Positions 12,125-33,690 of a stretch of DNA of 64,000 nucleotides are shown piece by piece. The notes beneath the pieces are model-generated. The model ran no database searches, had not been told where the DNA came from, and was given only the letters and a program-made list of their open reading frames with translations. Numbering within the stretch: position 1 is the stretch's first letter; the number at the start of each line of letters is the position of its first letter. This DNA is from Macrostomum lignano (taxonomy: Eukaryota). The position numbers and the translations under genes were made by a program. The stretch spans positions 1 to 64,000 of the forward strand of contig NIVC01001619.1 in the NCBI GenBank assembly GCA_002269645.1, read 5' to 3'.

Positions 12125-13684
12125 TGCCGCCGCTCCTGTAACAGCTCCGCTATCTGCCGCAGCTCCTGTAACAGCTCCGCTATCTGCCGCAGCTCCTGTA
12201 ACAGCTCCGCTATCTGCCGCAGCTCCTGTAACAGCTCCGCTATCTGCCGCAGCTCCTGCAACAGCTCCGCTATCTGCCGCAGCTCCTGCAACAGCTCCGC
12301 TATCTGCCGCAGCTCCTGCAACAGCTCCGCTATCTGCCGCAGCTCCTGCAACAGCTCCGCTATCTGCCGCAGCTCCTGCAACAGCTCCGCTATCTGCCGC
12401 AGCTCCTGCAACAGCTCCGCTATCTGCCGCAGCTCCTGCAACAGCTCCGCTATCTGCCGCAGCTCCTGTAACAGCTCCGCTATCTGCCGCAGCTCCTGCA
12501 ACAGCTCCGCTATCTGCCGCAGCTCCTGCAACAGCTCCGCTATCTGCCGCAGCTCCTGCAACAGCTCCGCTATCTGCCGCAGCTCCTGCAACAGCTCCGC
12601 TATCTGCCGCAGCTCCTGCAACAGCTCCGCTATCTGCCGCAGCTCCTGTAACAGCTCCGCTATCTGCCGCAGCTCCTGTAACAGCTCCGCTATCTGCCGC
12701 AGCTCCTGTAACAGCTCCGCTATCTGCCGCAGCTCCTGCAACAGCTCCGCTATCTGCCGCAGCTCCTGCAACAGCTCCGCTATCTGCCGCAGCTCCTGCA
12801 ACAGCTCCGCTATCTGCCGCAGCTCCTGTAACAGCTCCGCTATCTGCCGCAGCTCCTGTAACAGCTCCGCTATCTGCCGCAGCTCCTGTAACAGCTCCGC
12901 TATCTGCCGCAGCTCCTGTAACAGCTCCGCTATCTGCCGCAGCTCCTGTAACAGCTCCGCTATCTGCCGCAGCTCCTGTAACAGCTCCGCTATCTGCCGC
13001 AGCTCCTGCAACAGCTCCGCTATCTGCCGCAGCTCCTGCAACAGCTCCGCTATCTGCCGCAGCTCCTGTAACAGCTCCGCTATCTGCCGCAGCTCCTGTA
13101 ACAGCTCCGCTATCTGCCGCAGCTCCTGCAACAGCTCCGCTATCTGCCGCAGCTCCTGTAACAGCTCCGCTATCTGCCGCAGCTCCTGTAACAGCTCCGC
13201 TATCTGCCGCAGCTCCTGTAACAGCTCCGCTATCTGCCGCAGCTCCTGCAACAGCTCCGCTATCTGCCGCAGCTCCTGCAACAGCTCCGCTATCTGCCGC
13301 AGCTCCTGCAACAGCTCCGCTATCTGCCGCAGCTCCTGTAACAGCTCCGCTATCTGCCGCAGCTCCTGTAACAGCTCCGCTATCTGCCGCAGCTCCTGCA
13401 ACAGCTCCGCTATCTGCCGCAGCTCCTGCAACAGCTCCGCTATCTGCCGCAGCTCCTGCAACAGCTCCGCTATCTGCCGCAGCTCCTGCAACAGCTCCGC
13501 TATCTGCCGCAGCTCCTGCAACAGCTCCGCTATCTGCCGCAGCTCCTGCAACAGCTCCGCTATCTGCCGCAGCTCCTGCAACAGCTCCGCTATCTGCCGC
13601 AGCTCCTGCAACAGCTCCGCTATCTGCCGCAGCTCCTGCAACAGCTCCGCTATCTGCCGCAGCTCCTGCAACAGCTCCGCTATC
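12125..13684 (-). repeat. 30-bp minisatellite, 52 units, inverted copy
   Basis: 1560 bp. 21 of 52 units carry the CCTGTA variant instead of CCTGCA, in interspersed blocks. Confidence 0.97.
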
Positions 13685-14655
13685 CACCGCCGCTCTTTGC
13701 AACAGCAGCGCCCCCTACCAGAATTATAGGATGAAAGGAGCGCATGAAAGGAAATTTACCAATTCATGCGATCTGTTGCACGCTGTACACCAACAAAATA
13801 ATGGTCAAACACAGCGTTCAGCTCAAAGAGTGAAATACAGTTATCAACAAATCATTCTCTTGGATTGGAACCAGTATTGCTTTTGACGATGTAAAGGAGA
13901 CTTGCGCCAATCCAAATTTAAAAAAGTTGAAGTTGAAAAAGTGACAGATTGAAAATTGCTGTATTCCATTAAATCAAGGACTTTTGTGTAAGTGCCAGAT
14001 CTACATTTTCTTGATTCTATCCGTGATCCGAAGATCAAATACTAAGTTTGCTGCTAGCTCAATCTGCTCTCGTTTCCATATACTCGTAGTTCGCTTGAGG
14101 ACTGAGGAGCATACTCGTATGGATCAGTGAGGAGTCTAGCTAGTCTCGTTTAGATCATCAAAAGCAATGCAGTATAGCAATACAATGTATTTCAAAGGAT
14201 TATTATGCTAGTAGCATTCAACAAAAGATTGGTTTAGGCGCCTGCGTCACGCAATGTAAAATTATTGGCGCAATGCTACGTCAGTGCATGCGGAAGTACT
14301 ATATAGTTTTAATACAGCACAGCGGAAGTTCCTAAATAATGACATCGGAAATTGAATTTTTCGATAATATTACACACAATAAATAGCACTAACACCGATC
14401 AGTAAAAGTAAAGCACAAGAAAAATGCACGGAATTAAAAATAAATTTGTTTTCCTGGTTGGTTCGGAATTAAATCAGTGAAACAGTAAGAAGTATAAGAT
14501 TTTTTAATCGCGAGTACGAGATATGCACCATCACAGTTTGCAGCTGGGCAAATTATTCTGAAGAGAAAACAACAAGGCAAGGTTGAGTTAAGAGTAACAG
14601 TTCACAATGGGAGGCAGTGTCAGATCAGTTCTTTCAGTGCTAACTCTCTGAAAGC

Positions 14656-15094
14656 GACAACAGCGTGCGCCTGGCCGATCACCCAGCGTCATCCAGCAGG
14701 CAATCCGCGTAGCGACCCGCCCGGCCGTAATCCCGGCGCCAGGGGCCCTGCATCGTGAGCAGCAGGACGTCCTGCACTGGTTCAATGGTTGAGAACAGTA
14801 GGCCTCCACGCGGATGGTGTGGCCCACCAGCTGAAGTCTTCGCCTGCGGAAGGTCTCGCTGGGTAGTCGCAGCGAGGGTGCAACGAGGTAGAGCTGCTGC
14901 ACAACCGTCGGGCGTCCCAGCAGGTGATTTTGATAGGCAGCTCCGCGGGTACAGTCATCACCTCGTCTTCTCGGTGTTGATGCCCGACCGATGCCGCAGC
15001 TGCCACCAGGCTGTCTAGCATGCGCTGGGGCTCCCTCAGCCGTAGAGGCGGGCAGCGCCAGGTCGTCGGCGTAACCCAGGAGTGACAGCCGCTT
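14656..15094 (-). mobile_element. Mirror copy of the RTE-like RT fragment
   Basis: Reverse complement of 5552-5990; YADD at ~15062-15073. Confidence 0.8.
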
Positions 15095-15399
15095 CTCCGA
15101 TTGGCGGCTGTTTGTTCGGTAGGAAGTAGAAAGCCGTACTCATCCTGTTGGCAGGGCCCTCCGTAGCATTGTCTCCATTGCTTGGTTTGCTATTGTTAGG
15201 TTTTGCCTTGGCCTTATCTTTTTCTCCCCATCGAGGAGATTCAGAAGAGAGGAAGGAGAAATATTCGTTTTTACTTCTAAAACGGATAATTAAATTTAAT
15301 TAACAAAGCTACGAAAAAAGGGTGAGGCTGAAAAGGAGAATAGGGTGGGGACTGCAGGGGCGAAGGGTGGGCCAGTAGGGGCGAAGATGTTCATGCTGG

Positions 15400-17400
15400 G
15401 GGAGGAGAGGGTGAGGCTGGAGGGGAGGAGAGGCTGAGCACTTGAGGGGAGGAGAGGCTGAGCACTCGAGGGGAGGAGAGGCTGAGCACTTGAGGGGAGG
15501 AGAGGCTGAGCACTCGAGGGGAGGAGAGGTTGGGGTTGGGGAAAGAAGGCGGTGGTGCTGGAAGGAAGGATGGGGCTAAAGGGTAAGAGGGTGGGGCTAG
15601 AGGGTAGAAGAGGATGGAAGCTGGAGGGGAGCGTGGGGCAGTAGGGGAAGAGGGCGGGGCTTGAGGGAAGGAGAGTCGGGCTGGAGGGAAGGAGGGTGGT
15701 GCTGCAGAGAAGGAGGGTAGGGCTGGAGGGAAGGAGGGTGGGGCTGGAGGGAAGGAGAGTGGGGCTGGAGGGAAGGAGAGTGGGGCTAGAGGAAAGGAGA
15801 GCAGGGCTGGAGGGAAGGAGGGTGTGGCTGGAGGGAAGGAGGGTGGGCTGGAGGGAAGGAGAGTGGGGCTGGAGGGAAGGAGAGTGGGGCTAGAGGAAAG
15901 GAGAGCAGGGCTGGAGGGAAGGAGGGTGTGGCTGGAGGGAAGGAGGGTAGGGCTAGAGGGAGGGAGGGTGGGGCTGGAGCTAAGGCGAGTGGGGCTGGAG
16001 GGAAAGGGGGTAGGGTTAGAGGGAAGGATGGGGTGGAAGGGTAAGAGGGTGGGGCTAGAGGGTGGAAGAGGATGGAAGCTGGAGGGGAGCGTGGGGCAGT
16101 AAAGGAAGAGGGCGGGGCTTGAGGGAAGGAGAGTGGGGCTGGAGGGAAGGAGTGTCGGGCTGGAGGGAAGGAGGGTGGGGCTGGAGGGAAGGAGAGTGGG
16201 GCTGGAGGGAAGGAGGGTAGGGCTAGAGGGAAGGAGGGTGGGCTAGAGGGAAGGCGAGTGGGGCTGGAGGGAAGGAGGGTAGGGCTAGAAGGAGGGAGGG
16301 TGGGTCCTGGAGGGAGGAGAGGGTGGAAGCTGGAAGGGAGGGTGGAAAGTCGAGGAGGAGGGCAGGGCTAGAGGGAAGGAGGGTGGGGATGGAGGGAAGG
16401 AGAGTGGGGCTGGAGGGAAGGAGGGTAGGGCTGGAGGGAAGGAGGGTAGGGCTGGAGGGAAAGGGGGTAGGGTTAGAGGGAAGGATGGGGCTGAAGGGTA
16501 AGAGGGTGGGGCTAGAGGGTAGAAGAGGATGGAAGCTGGAGGGGAGCGTGGGGCAGTAGGGGAAGAGGGCAGGGCTTGAGGGAAGGAGAGTCGGGCTGGA
16601 GGGAAGGAGGGTGGGGCTGGAGGGAAGGAGAGTGGGGCTGGAGGGAAGGAGAGTGGGGCTGGAGGAAAGGAGGGTAGGGCTAGAGGGAAGGAGGGTAGGG
16701 CTAGAGGGAAGGAGGGTGGGCTAGAGGGAAGGAGGGTGGGCTGAGAGCTAGAGGGTAGGAAGGAAGGAGGGTAGGGCTGGAGGGAAAGGGGGTAGGGTTA
16801 GAGGGAAGGATAGGGCTGAAGGGTTGGGCTAGAGGATAGAAGATGGAAGCTGGAGGGGAATGCGGGGTAGTAGGGGAAAAAGGTAGGGCTAGAAGGAAAG
16901 CAGGGTAGCAGGGAGGGAGGATAGGGCTGGAGGGAAGGAGGGTAGTGTTGCAGGGAGGGAGGGTAGGGCTGGAGAGAAGGAGGGTGGTGGTGCAGGGAAG
17001 GAGGGTAGGGCTTGAAAGGGAGGAGGGTGAGGCTAGAAAGAAGGATAAGACTGGAAGGTAGGATGAGACTAGAGTGGAGGAGGATAGGGCTGGAAAGAAA
17101 AAAAGATGGGGCTAGAGGTTCAAAGAGGTTTAGGTGGGGCTGGAGGAAGAGGTGAGGCTAGGAGGGTTAGGCTGGAGAGGAGAAGAGAGTAAGGGCTAGA
17201 AATGAGGAAAGTAAGAACTAGAAAAGAGAAGGTAGGTAGTGAAGAGGAGAGAATAAGGATTCAAGGGGAAGACATGATGGGGCTAAAATAAAGAAAGGAG
17301 TAATATTGGAAGGAAGAGGAGGTAAATTTTTCAAAAAGAAAATAGGTCTAGAAAGAAGAACAGGATATAGATAGAGGTTAGAGAGGAAGAAAAGGTCATG
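15400..17400 (-). repeat. Polypurine mirror copy of the 3230-5240 tract
   Basis: GGAGGGAAGGAGGGTGGGGCT units; reverse complement of the left tract with small indels (net ~23 bp shorter). Confidence 0.9.
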
Positions 17401-19521
17401 ACTACTAGATAGATATCATGACTTACTTTATAATGGTAGTAAATAACTAGTTGCCAGTCTATGGTTTATGGCTTTAAGTTTATAATCTAATTTCTAAAAT
17501 ATTTTTTAATTTTGTGGAGAAATCTTATTTATCAAAATATTTAAAAAATGTGCATAATATTTCAATATAGAATGTGCTCTATATTATCTTGTTTTATATT
17601 TCCATTTTTGATGCTTATAAAACAGATTTATAATATTTGTTAGAAAAAATTAATATAAATATTATAATACTTCCATTCCTATAGCCTTAGTAAATTGTAT
17701 AAAATATAAGCTAATTAAATTAAATCAAAGAAGGACCAAATTAACTTTACATCCAAGAAAGAAAAAAGATGCTTATTAATACTATTATTAAGTCAAAAGA
17801 ACATTTTAATAATATAACATAAAGGTAAAGGCTAGGCCTTATAACACAAAAGAAAAGAAAATATTTTAGATTTAGGGCTACTAGTCAATAGAAGAAAATA
17901 ATCAGTGAAACAGTAGGCTTTGTATTACTAAATGCAAAATTACTAGGCCTAGCTGCCTAGGTAGTTTTAAATTTAATCTATTGCCATTGACATTGGTAGA
18001 ACAGTAGGTCCTAAATAAATCTGTAACAAAATGGCAATAGTAGTAAAATTTAATATTTAGGTCGAACAGCATAGCATAGGCCTAGCCGATTAGACCAAGA
18101 ATAAGATAGCTAGGTAAGATGCGCAACTTCCTAGACTAGAACTAGCTACATTGGTCACTAGCCCTTTAAATTTTTGCTAATCCTGACGCAGGCTAATTAT
18201 TTTAATAGCTAGCTAGAATGGAATTTGAATTATACAGTTTACCAACATCACCCGTGACAACTTCTACACGCGAGTACACGGAAGCCTTAAAATGCATAAA
18301 AATATGGGTACAAATACCTATCGACGGGTATTATCTGCCTTTAAGGAAAATGCTCTCAAGGAAAAGGCTAAAAAAAAAGGTTAAGGCTCTTGTGAAGAGG
18401 TATTTTTGAGCCTTACGTTGTGTCACGGGTGATACATCTTACTAATACATTTTCGTACACAAAACATGTATTGACCGCTTCTGAAGCCGAAAAAAACGTG
18501 TCCTATTCTGCTACGTGTTTGTGACACGGCTGTCCAGTTCTGCTACTGCTCCACACCGCTTGAATTTTATGCTCGTGTTATTGATGTAAAGAATTACAAT
18601 TTGGTTAAAGCGAAACATTAATTTAGGCCTATCCGCTAGATGTACGAAAAACATATTTTTGCTCAACTTAAATCGTTTGACATTGTTTTGTTTTTATTAT
18701 AAATGCATCGTCGTAAGTTTTTAAATCACATTTGGTCATCGAATAATGATTTTTCAGAGCACTTGATTGTTGATTCCCTATTTATTTCAATCTATCGACA
18801 TGGTTTTCTTGACGAAACAGGAAAGTATTAAAATGTATAGGCGGTACCAGATAGTACAGAAATTCCAAATAGGGTATCATGAAAATTAATAGTAAAATAT
18901 GTATCCACTCATGGGGCAAAATTGTCATGTTAATATAATCCTAATGTACCTACACAATAGGCCTACACTCAGTTTACAAAATATTTTGATTAGACAAAAA
19001 TACTGTTTCTTCATCGATTAAACTTAATATAATGCTAAGCAAATAGTGAATCTAATCTGAGAATATTTTTCATTTATTTTTTGCTGCAACAGGGAATAAT
19101 GTCTAAATGAATTCAGCCAATGAACCATTTAAAAAATCTATTCTTATTCTTACGTAATACTAATAGTAATTAGTATTTTAATAGTCTAATATAGAATATT
19201 ATAATATTCTAGGCTTAATATTTATAGTAATACTTGGGCAGCCAAGTTGGGCTTGGGCTAGGCCTACTATAGTCTTTAAATTTTGGATGTCAATATTTAA
19301 TAATGTCATCTTTATAATTATAGGCCTATCATTTGTTGAATATCATTACATTATATCAACAATATAGGCCTAGTTTACATTTATTATGCTAATTTTTAAA
19401 TTAAAATGATTAAAATTAAAAAGGCTTCTTCAATTTTTGTTTTTAATTTATTTTAACCTAATAGGCCCTATAATATCTAGATATGCTGTCAACATTATAT
19501 ATCTTATAAGGTAAAAATCTA

Positions 19522-20159
19522 GTGTTCCGCCATAAGGAGGGTCCATGTACTGTAGCCGTAGCCATAAGCAAAACTATGGCTTATTCCAATTCTCCATATT
19601 CTATAGCCGTAGAGACCCCGAAATTACCATATTCCCATAGTTCCTATAGCCATAGCCATAGTTTTAAAAAAAGTCTAAAAAATAAAATATCTTGAATCAA
19701 GACGATAACCTAGTGCTTAAATAACTGCAAATTAACTTAGAAAATAAAAGAAACACTCAATTGCCTTCGTAAGATTATATTTCGTCTTTTTTCAGAGCAA
19801 CAATACTTAACATTACTGAAAGTACTAACGCTAAACTTTTTCACATTAATAAAAATTAGAGCTTGCTAGTGTTTTATTGTACTTTTTTAGGTATATTTTA
19901 TAAGTTTCTAGGTTGATAATACAGTTTACTAAAAGTATCTTTGTTTTACTCTACCTGTTTCTAATATTTTTTTAAATTTTTAAAATTAATAACTATGGCT
20001 ATGGGAATCTACGGAATGTGATAGCAACTACCATATTTCCGTAGTTGTAGCTGTAAGAGCAGCTAGCTACCGTAGGCATATCCGTAGCTGCCATAGGCAC
20101 CTATTTTACCGTATTTGCTGTAGGGTCCCGTAGCCATAGCTACGGCTATGGTGGAACAC
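19522..20159. mobile_element. Putative MITE with TA target duplication
   Basis: Terminal inverted repeats GTGTTCCGCCATA / TATGGTGGAACAC flanked by TA on both sides. Contains many internal TAGCCATAG/CTATGGCTA subrepeats. Confidence 0.55.
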
Positions 20160-21203
20160 TATAAAAATCAAACTTTTATAGTTTGCCTATAAAAATACAT
20201 ATATACCAATACAAAAGTGGTTTCTTTAACTAAAGACAAGTAAGCAAGTGAGGTGAAGTTAGAGAAATATATTTGTAATTTATAAGTCAGTAGGTTTGCT
20301 GACACCAATGAGGTGAGGTGGTTTTAATTTTGAATTTCTGCCTATTTTGTATTCGCATAAATAATTCTTGAAAAATTGCACTGACAAATCACAACAAAAT
20401 TTTCTCTTGTTTTACTCCAACTGCCAAGGTCTCAAATCCAGGGGAAAGTAGTCATAATTATAGTCAAGCAGTCATTTAGCAGTACAGTCATTCAAATGGT
20501 AGACACCAAAGTTTCTAACACTGTAAATTGATGTGTTTATTTGTTGAGCTGATTACTAACAGTAGAGTAGGCTGCCACCATTGTACTTTACATATTTTGG
20601 AATGAGTTAGTCTTAGAGCTTTTTGAGATAAGAAATTTTGTTTTTTATGTCCCATGGACAAATAACTCAAGATGGCTATGACTTAGATTAGGCCTAACTG
20701 ATTAATGAAGAATAAATATTGTTAATGACTTAGTTATTAGTTGGCAATTAATGCGGGATAAATATAGCAGGAAAGTATTAGTAAGTTTAATAAATATTAT
20801 GATCAAGAGTTGATTCGGGATGCTAAGGTGCAAAAACAGCAAAAGGAAACTAATTCACCAACTAAAGGCTAACTGCAAGTACTAAAGGATAATCTAGTGC
20901 TACCACTACCATAATTTATATATTACATAATGTTAGTCTCTTAGAGCTTGTTTAGAGTTGAGAACAATTGGTTATTTTATACTCCACAGGCAAAAGACTT
21001 GAAAAAAACAATTGACTTATTGATCAATGAATAAATGTGCTTAATTGTAGCTTTATTAGAGTATTTTTGGGGTGATAGTTAAAATTTATAATTAATGAAC
21101 AGGTTTTCAGCAAGTTACAATAATATCATCTGCAGAGCCAGGGTGCCAATAGGCTAATTAAATGGAGTTCAGACCCAAACCTTAAGGGTTTCTAGTTGGA
21201 GTC

Positions 21204-21440
21204 NNNNNNNNNNNNNNNNNNNNNNNNNNNNNNNNNNNNNNNNNNNNNNNNNNNNNNNNNNNNNNNNNNNNNNNNNNNNNNNNNNNNNNNNNNNNNNNNN
21301 NNNNNNNNNNNNNNNNNNNNNNNNNNNNNNNNNNNNNNNNNNNNNNNNNNNNNNNNNNNNNNNNNNNNNNNNNNNNNNNNNNNNNNNNNNNNNNNNNNNN
21401 NNNNNNNNNNNNNNNNNNNNNNNNNNNNNNNNNNNNNNNN
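21204..21440. other. Assembly gap (237 N)
   Basis: Run of N. The coding frame is already open immediately after it. Confidence 1.
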
Positions 21441-22516
<1,076 letters not shown>

Positions 22517-22785
22517 TAAGTAGCTCAGATTTTTTCTTTCACCGAGCTTCTAATTATGCTAGTATTAATGTTTCTATGTAGCGAAAATAATTCAAAGTAT
22601 AAAGGCTTGCTTACGAGCGTACATTAGTCGGACGAACTGTACTTGCTTTCGTGAGCCAGCTCTATACGCCAAAATTCATCCACAGATACATACATGCATC
22701 ATTATGCTTAAATGATATACTAAGGCGATTTTTTACGTGCTTGGGAGGCAGAATGGTACAAGAGCACGTCTAAATAAGCGCTTGA

Positions 22786-23990
<1,205 letters not shown>

Positions 23991-24108
23991 TGCAGGTGTA
24001 ATGAGTTATTATTACTTAAAACATAAGTAATAATAACTTATTTATGTTTTTAAGTCACGCGCACAGGCATTAGTTTACTTGATCACACGAACCCGCTGCA
24101 TGTTTCAG

Positions 24109-27598
<3,490 letters not shown>

Positions 27599-28379
27599 TG
27601 AGATTAGCTTGCTGAGCCTGGATTTCATCAAAAATTACTGGGAAGTTGATAGCAGTTATTGTGACGTCATTGAGTCCTCGACTTTTTTGCTATTGTAAAT
27701 CGCATGGCTCAAAGGTTTAACCGTTGGGAAAACAAGTCTTGTAAATTGTTGCGAACTCAATTTTAGTACGTAGGGCTCCCGGTTTGGCACCACTTCGAGT
27801 TCAGAGGTTTTTCTGGGTGTATCAGCAAAATCCGCGCAAGTACAACAAGTTGAGAAGTGGCCCTGAGAAATCAATTTTTGAGACAGCAAGCTGAAACTTT
27901 CTGCCGCTAAGAGTAAGAAACAATGGCTCACTAAGTCACTCAAAAAATGGCCTCAGCTTCGATCAGCTTCCTAAATTGAGACCAAAATCTTCTACAAGCC
28001 TTCTAAACAGATCCCCGAGGCAACCTTCCCAGCACTTCGGCTATTTTAGCCCGTCGATCAGTATCAATGTTGTGTGCGTGCTTGTTGACCTCAAACCTTG
28101 TTTGCTCATCAGTCATTGCTGAATAAATTGGACAGAAATTTATAGGAACAGTAGATAGTACTGCAGTTAAATGCAAGCACCAGCTGGAAAGCCTAACCCC
28201 GACACAAAAAACACAATTAGATTTACGGGTAAAGTAGCTTGCAAGCCACGAAACCAAAATTTCCTTGGCGTCCAAGACCAAGCTGCTTGGCTTTTACGAT
28301 GTCATTCTAAGCGTTTAAGATGCCGTCCTTTGCGTTTAGGAGATCATTTTTGTCGTTTAAAGTAACACCAAAGTAATAA

Positions 28380-28661
<282 letters not shown>

Positions 28662-28743
28662 TAATTTGGAATGTATTCACCCTCGACTAATTATTTTCAG
28701 CCATTGCACCCACCCCCAACCAATGTTTGTCGCAACCACACAG

Positions 28744-28850
28744 GTGCTCTTCTTGGCCAAGGACTTGCTAGAGTCGCCGATGCCCGACCGTCTGATCCGA
28801 TAGAGTTCTTGGCTCGCTGGCTGCTTGAAGCATCGCGACGCTCTGAGTGA
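28744..28850 (+). CDS. Terminal exon encoding a Dpy-30/RIIa-like dimerisation motif
   Basis: Acceptor ACACAG|GT in phase 1. Translates (R)ALLGQGLARVADARPSDPIEFLARWLLEASRRSE*, resembling the Dpy-30 pattern LxxGLxxxxxxRPxDPIExLAxxL. Confidence 0.7.
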
Positions 28851-29692
28851 ATGGTTTAGATTGGTTGTTTCAATCAGTTTGTGATTGCGCCTTTTTCTTT
28901 CGTAACAAAATAGGTCTTTGCATGTGATAACGATATGATTTTTATTTCTCATCATTGCTTTTAAAGATGTTTTTCGTTTTTTTTGTTTGTTATGCGAGGA
29001 GTTTCTTTTGCATGTAAATGCATTATGTATATGCTGCACCATGTAAACTGTACATAATGCACCTAATTTATTCACTTTAAAACGTTATGCAGCTCACTCC
29101 TAATAAGGACATGCTGTACTTAACTGTAGGGCTTAACTAAAAAGCAAAATCAAATTAAGCGCATATACATTTAGAGCAGCTAAGATGTAATGCTTTCGCG
29201 TTAACTTAAGTGCATACGTAGTCCATGAATTGTTTTCATGGTGAAATTTTCGTAAATTTTTCTCAACTAAATAGAGCGGAAATTGAGTACAGACACGTTT
29301 TAAATTATAGTGTTGCTGCTTATTGCGAGCTGTAAGTTTAACACAGAGAGTATGTCAGCTTGTAAGTTTGTTTTCCTTTATATATTTGCATGTAAGTTTT
29401 CCTATCTATTTGCTTCTGTTTGCTACAGAATTTGTACACACAGTTTGTACACTACTATATACAGAGTTTAACTTAGTATACGACGACTTAGGTGTTACAT
29501 CCGTTACCATGCAAGTCGAAGTCCTTAATGGTGGTTCTCAAGCTTGAGATGCCTTCTATTTTTTTTTATTTCTCTCATATATTTATCAGGAGCGCAAGGG
29601 GAGCAGGTTATCATTCCCTGTATCATTACATACTTTGCAGACAAAGCCATTCGAGCATTCAGAAATGCTATATGCAACAAAAGTCAAAATAA

Positions 29693-30355
<663 letters not shown>

Positions 30356-31696
30356 GACGTGTCGCGTTTTGTTCTTAAGTATGTGCACACTGCCTTGCAA
30401 TCGCCGTTCATTTGGCACGGCGCCGGTTTACTGGTGTTCTCCTGGGCAAGAGTCCACCGTCATGGGCTTGTCGTTCCTGAATAGCTGCATGTATCACCAA
30501 GAAAGCATTGAGGTCAAAAGAAATATGAATTTAAATACTGCATTCTCAATCGTCGCAAATCAAAACATAAAAATAGATGTATGCTACTAAAACCGAGGAC
30601 GAAAGCGAGGTTATATAATTGCTCAACTTCTTGTTCCATCACATGCCATTGAATTCGCTTTTTTGCATTGAATTAACGAAACCCTGCTATATTTTTGACG
30701 AGTCTGTCTTCGTGCCCGGCTACTAACAGCAGTGAGAGTGAGTTGTGACATGTGCTTTGACAATTTTTTATGGAAATAAGGATGAGCTTATGTCGTCAAC
30801 ACTTGAACGACATGAAAGCTAATACCACACATTTATCTGCTGCTCAAATACAATATAAAATGCTTAAGAGACTGCAATGACTCAACAGACAAGTAGCCAC
30901 TTTCAGAAGGGAGGGGGGCGAGAGGTTTCTTCCAAAGGAAGAAAAGATGGCCAATGCTGCTGCATTCACTGATCCAGAGCTGCCGCACCACACGCAGTAA
31001 GAAGCAGGTATGACTTGAGCAGAGCTGAGAGTGTTAAGTCTCAGAAAATCGATGTCAGTCTCTGCACACTCAATGCAACTGCTCAGCAGCGTTGAGTACG
31101 CCAGCCGAGAAGCAAGTCCGACTGCATTGTTGCGAGGAAGAACAATGCCACCAGACTCTTTCCCTTCATTTTTTGAAGAGTGAATGTCGAAACGTTGCTT
31201 AACTTTAGCATGCCCCAGGCTGAAAGACTCTTAGAGGGGAGGGGATCAACGCTTTTGAGATGGTTGCCATGGTAAAATATACTTAGAAAGTCTTATATTC
31301 AGTTTTTTGGCCTCGATTTTTATTGCGAATAGTCTGGAAAAGTCTAGAAAAGCTAAAAGAATGGCAAAGCTGTCAAGAACCGGGATTTCGATTGGATTCA
31401 GTGGCAGAGAAGGGTCCTTGGAAAAAGATAAACTGGATTTGGTTGTACTTTTAGCCTTGTTTTGTGTATATTTTGATAGTTAAAAATTAGCTTTTTTCAG
31501 AAGGGACAGTGCAGTGTAAAAAAAATTTCCAAGAAATATTTGTTAAAAATCGTTTGGCGAATATTGGGTCGAGGAAACTTTTGAAATCTGCTTCAGTAAC
31601 TTTGTTTTTTGAAGAGATTTTTTTCAGTTTCACCTATTATAAAACTCGTTTTAGAAGCCTTAGTTCGAAGAATTTGTAAAGTCTTATAGTTTCTGA

Positions 31697-33341
<1,645 letters not shown>

Positions 33342-33483
33342 TAAGTAGCTAGGATAAAGTAGACTGAATAAATTATAAGAGAACGAAATTAAAGGAAGGA
33401 CTAGCCGCAGGGTTGAGACAAACAAAAAAATTGTTTTTATTGCTGTTGTGTTTGTGTGTGTGCCTGCATCAAGCCGCCACTAT

Positions 33484-33690
33484 AGCTAGTGATTTACCTT
33501 CCAGGCGAATCTTCTTCCAGAAGTCAGTCGCGTTCTCCTGGTCTCCTACTCAAGTCTCGCATCTCGTGCGGGTCCTGCTTCTCCCTAAGGCTGCGCGTGG
33601 AGGGGCACTCCATGATGTGCTTCAACGTCTCGGCCTCCAAACCGCACACCTCGGTGCACCATCCCTCCTCTTGCATTGCTTCAATTCCTC
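33484..33690 (-). mobile_element. Non-LTR retrotransposon 3' fragment with zinc knuckle
   Basis: The minus strand translates WCTEVCGLEAETLKHIMECPSTRSLR..., then DQENATDFWKKIRLEG in another frame. This fits the C-x-C..E..H..C motif of LINE ORF2 ends. Confidence 0.5.

Larger units (their letters stand above)
11895..18533 (-). repeat. Right arm of giant inverted repeat
   Basis: Starts GGCTATGCGCACTCGTG (reverse complement of 10141-10157) and ends GTGACACGGCTGT (reverse complement of 2090-2102). Shorter than the left arm mainly by 47 units of the 30-bp array. Confidence 0.95.

Noticed and set aside
6760-13729. Six ORFs of 545-1087 aa (AAPATAPLS, QELRQIAEL, CRSSCNSSA, AGAAADSG repeats) as protein-coding genes or antifreeze/mucin genes
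   Set aside because: They overlap on both strands, arise from a stop-free 30-bp unit, and lack a signal peptide or splice structure. They are not (Ala-Ala-Thr)n. Kept only as a low-probability de novo ORF hypothesis.
2090-18533. Whole palindrome as a single intact DNA transposon (Foldback, Polinton or Tc1 with giant TIRs)
   Set aside because: There is no TSD (TA on the left only) and no intact transposase, integrase or polymerase in the spacer. The arms contain unrelated repeat debris.
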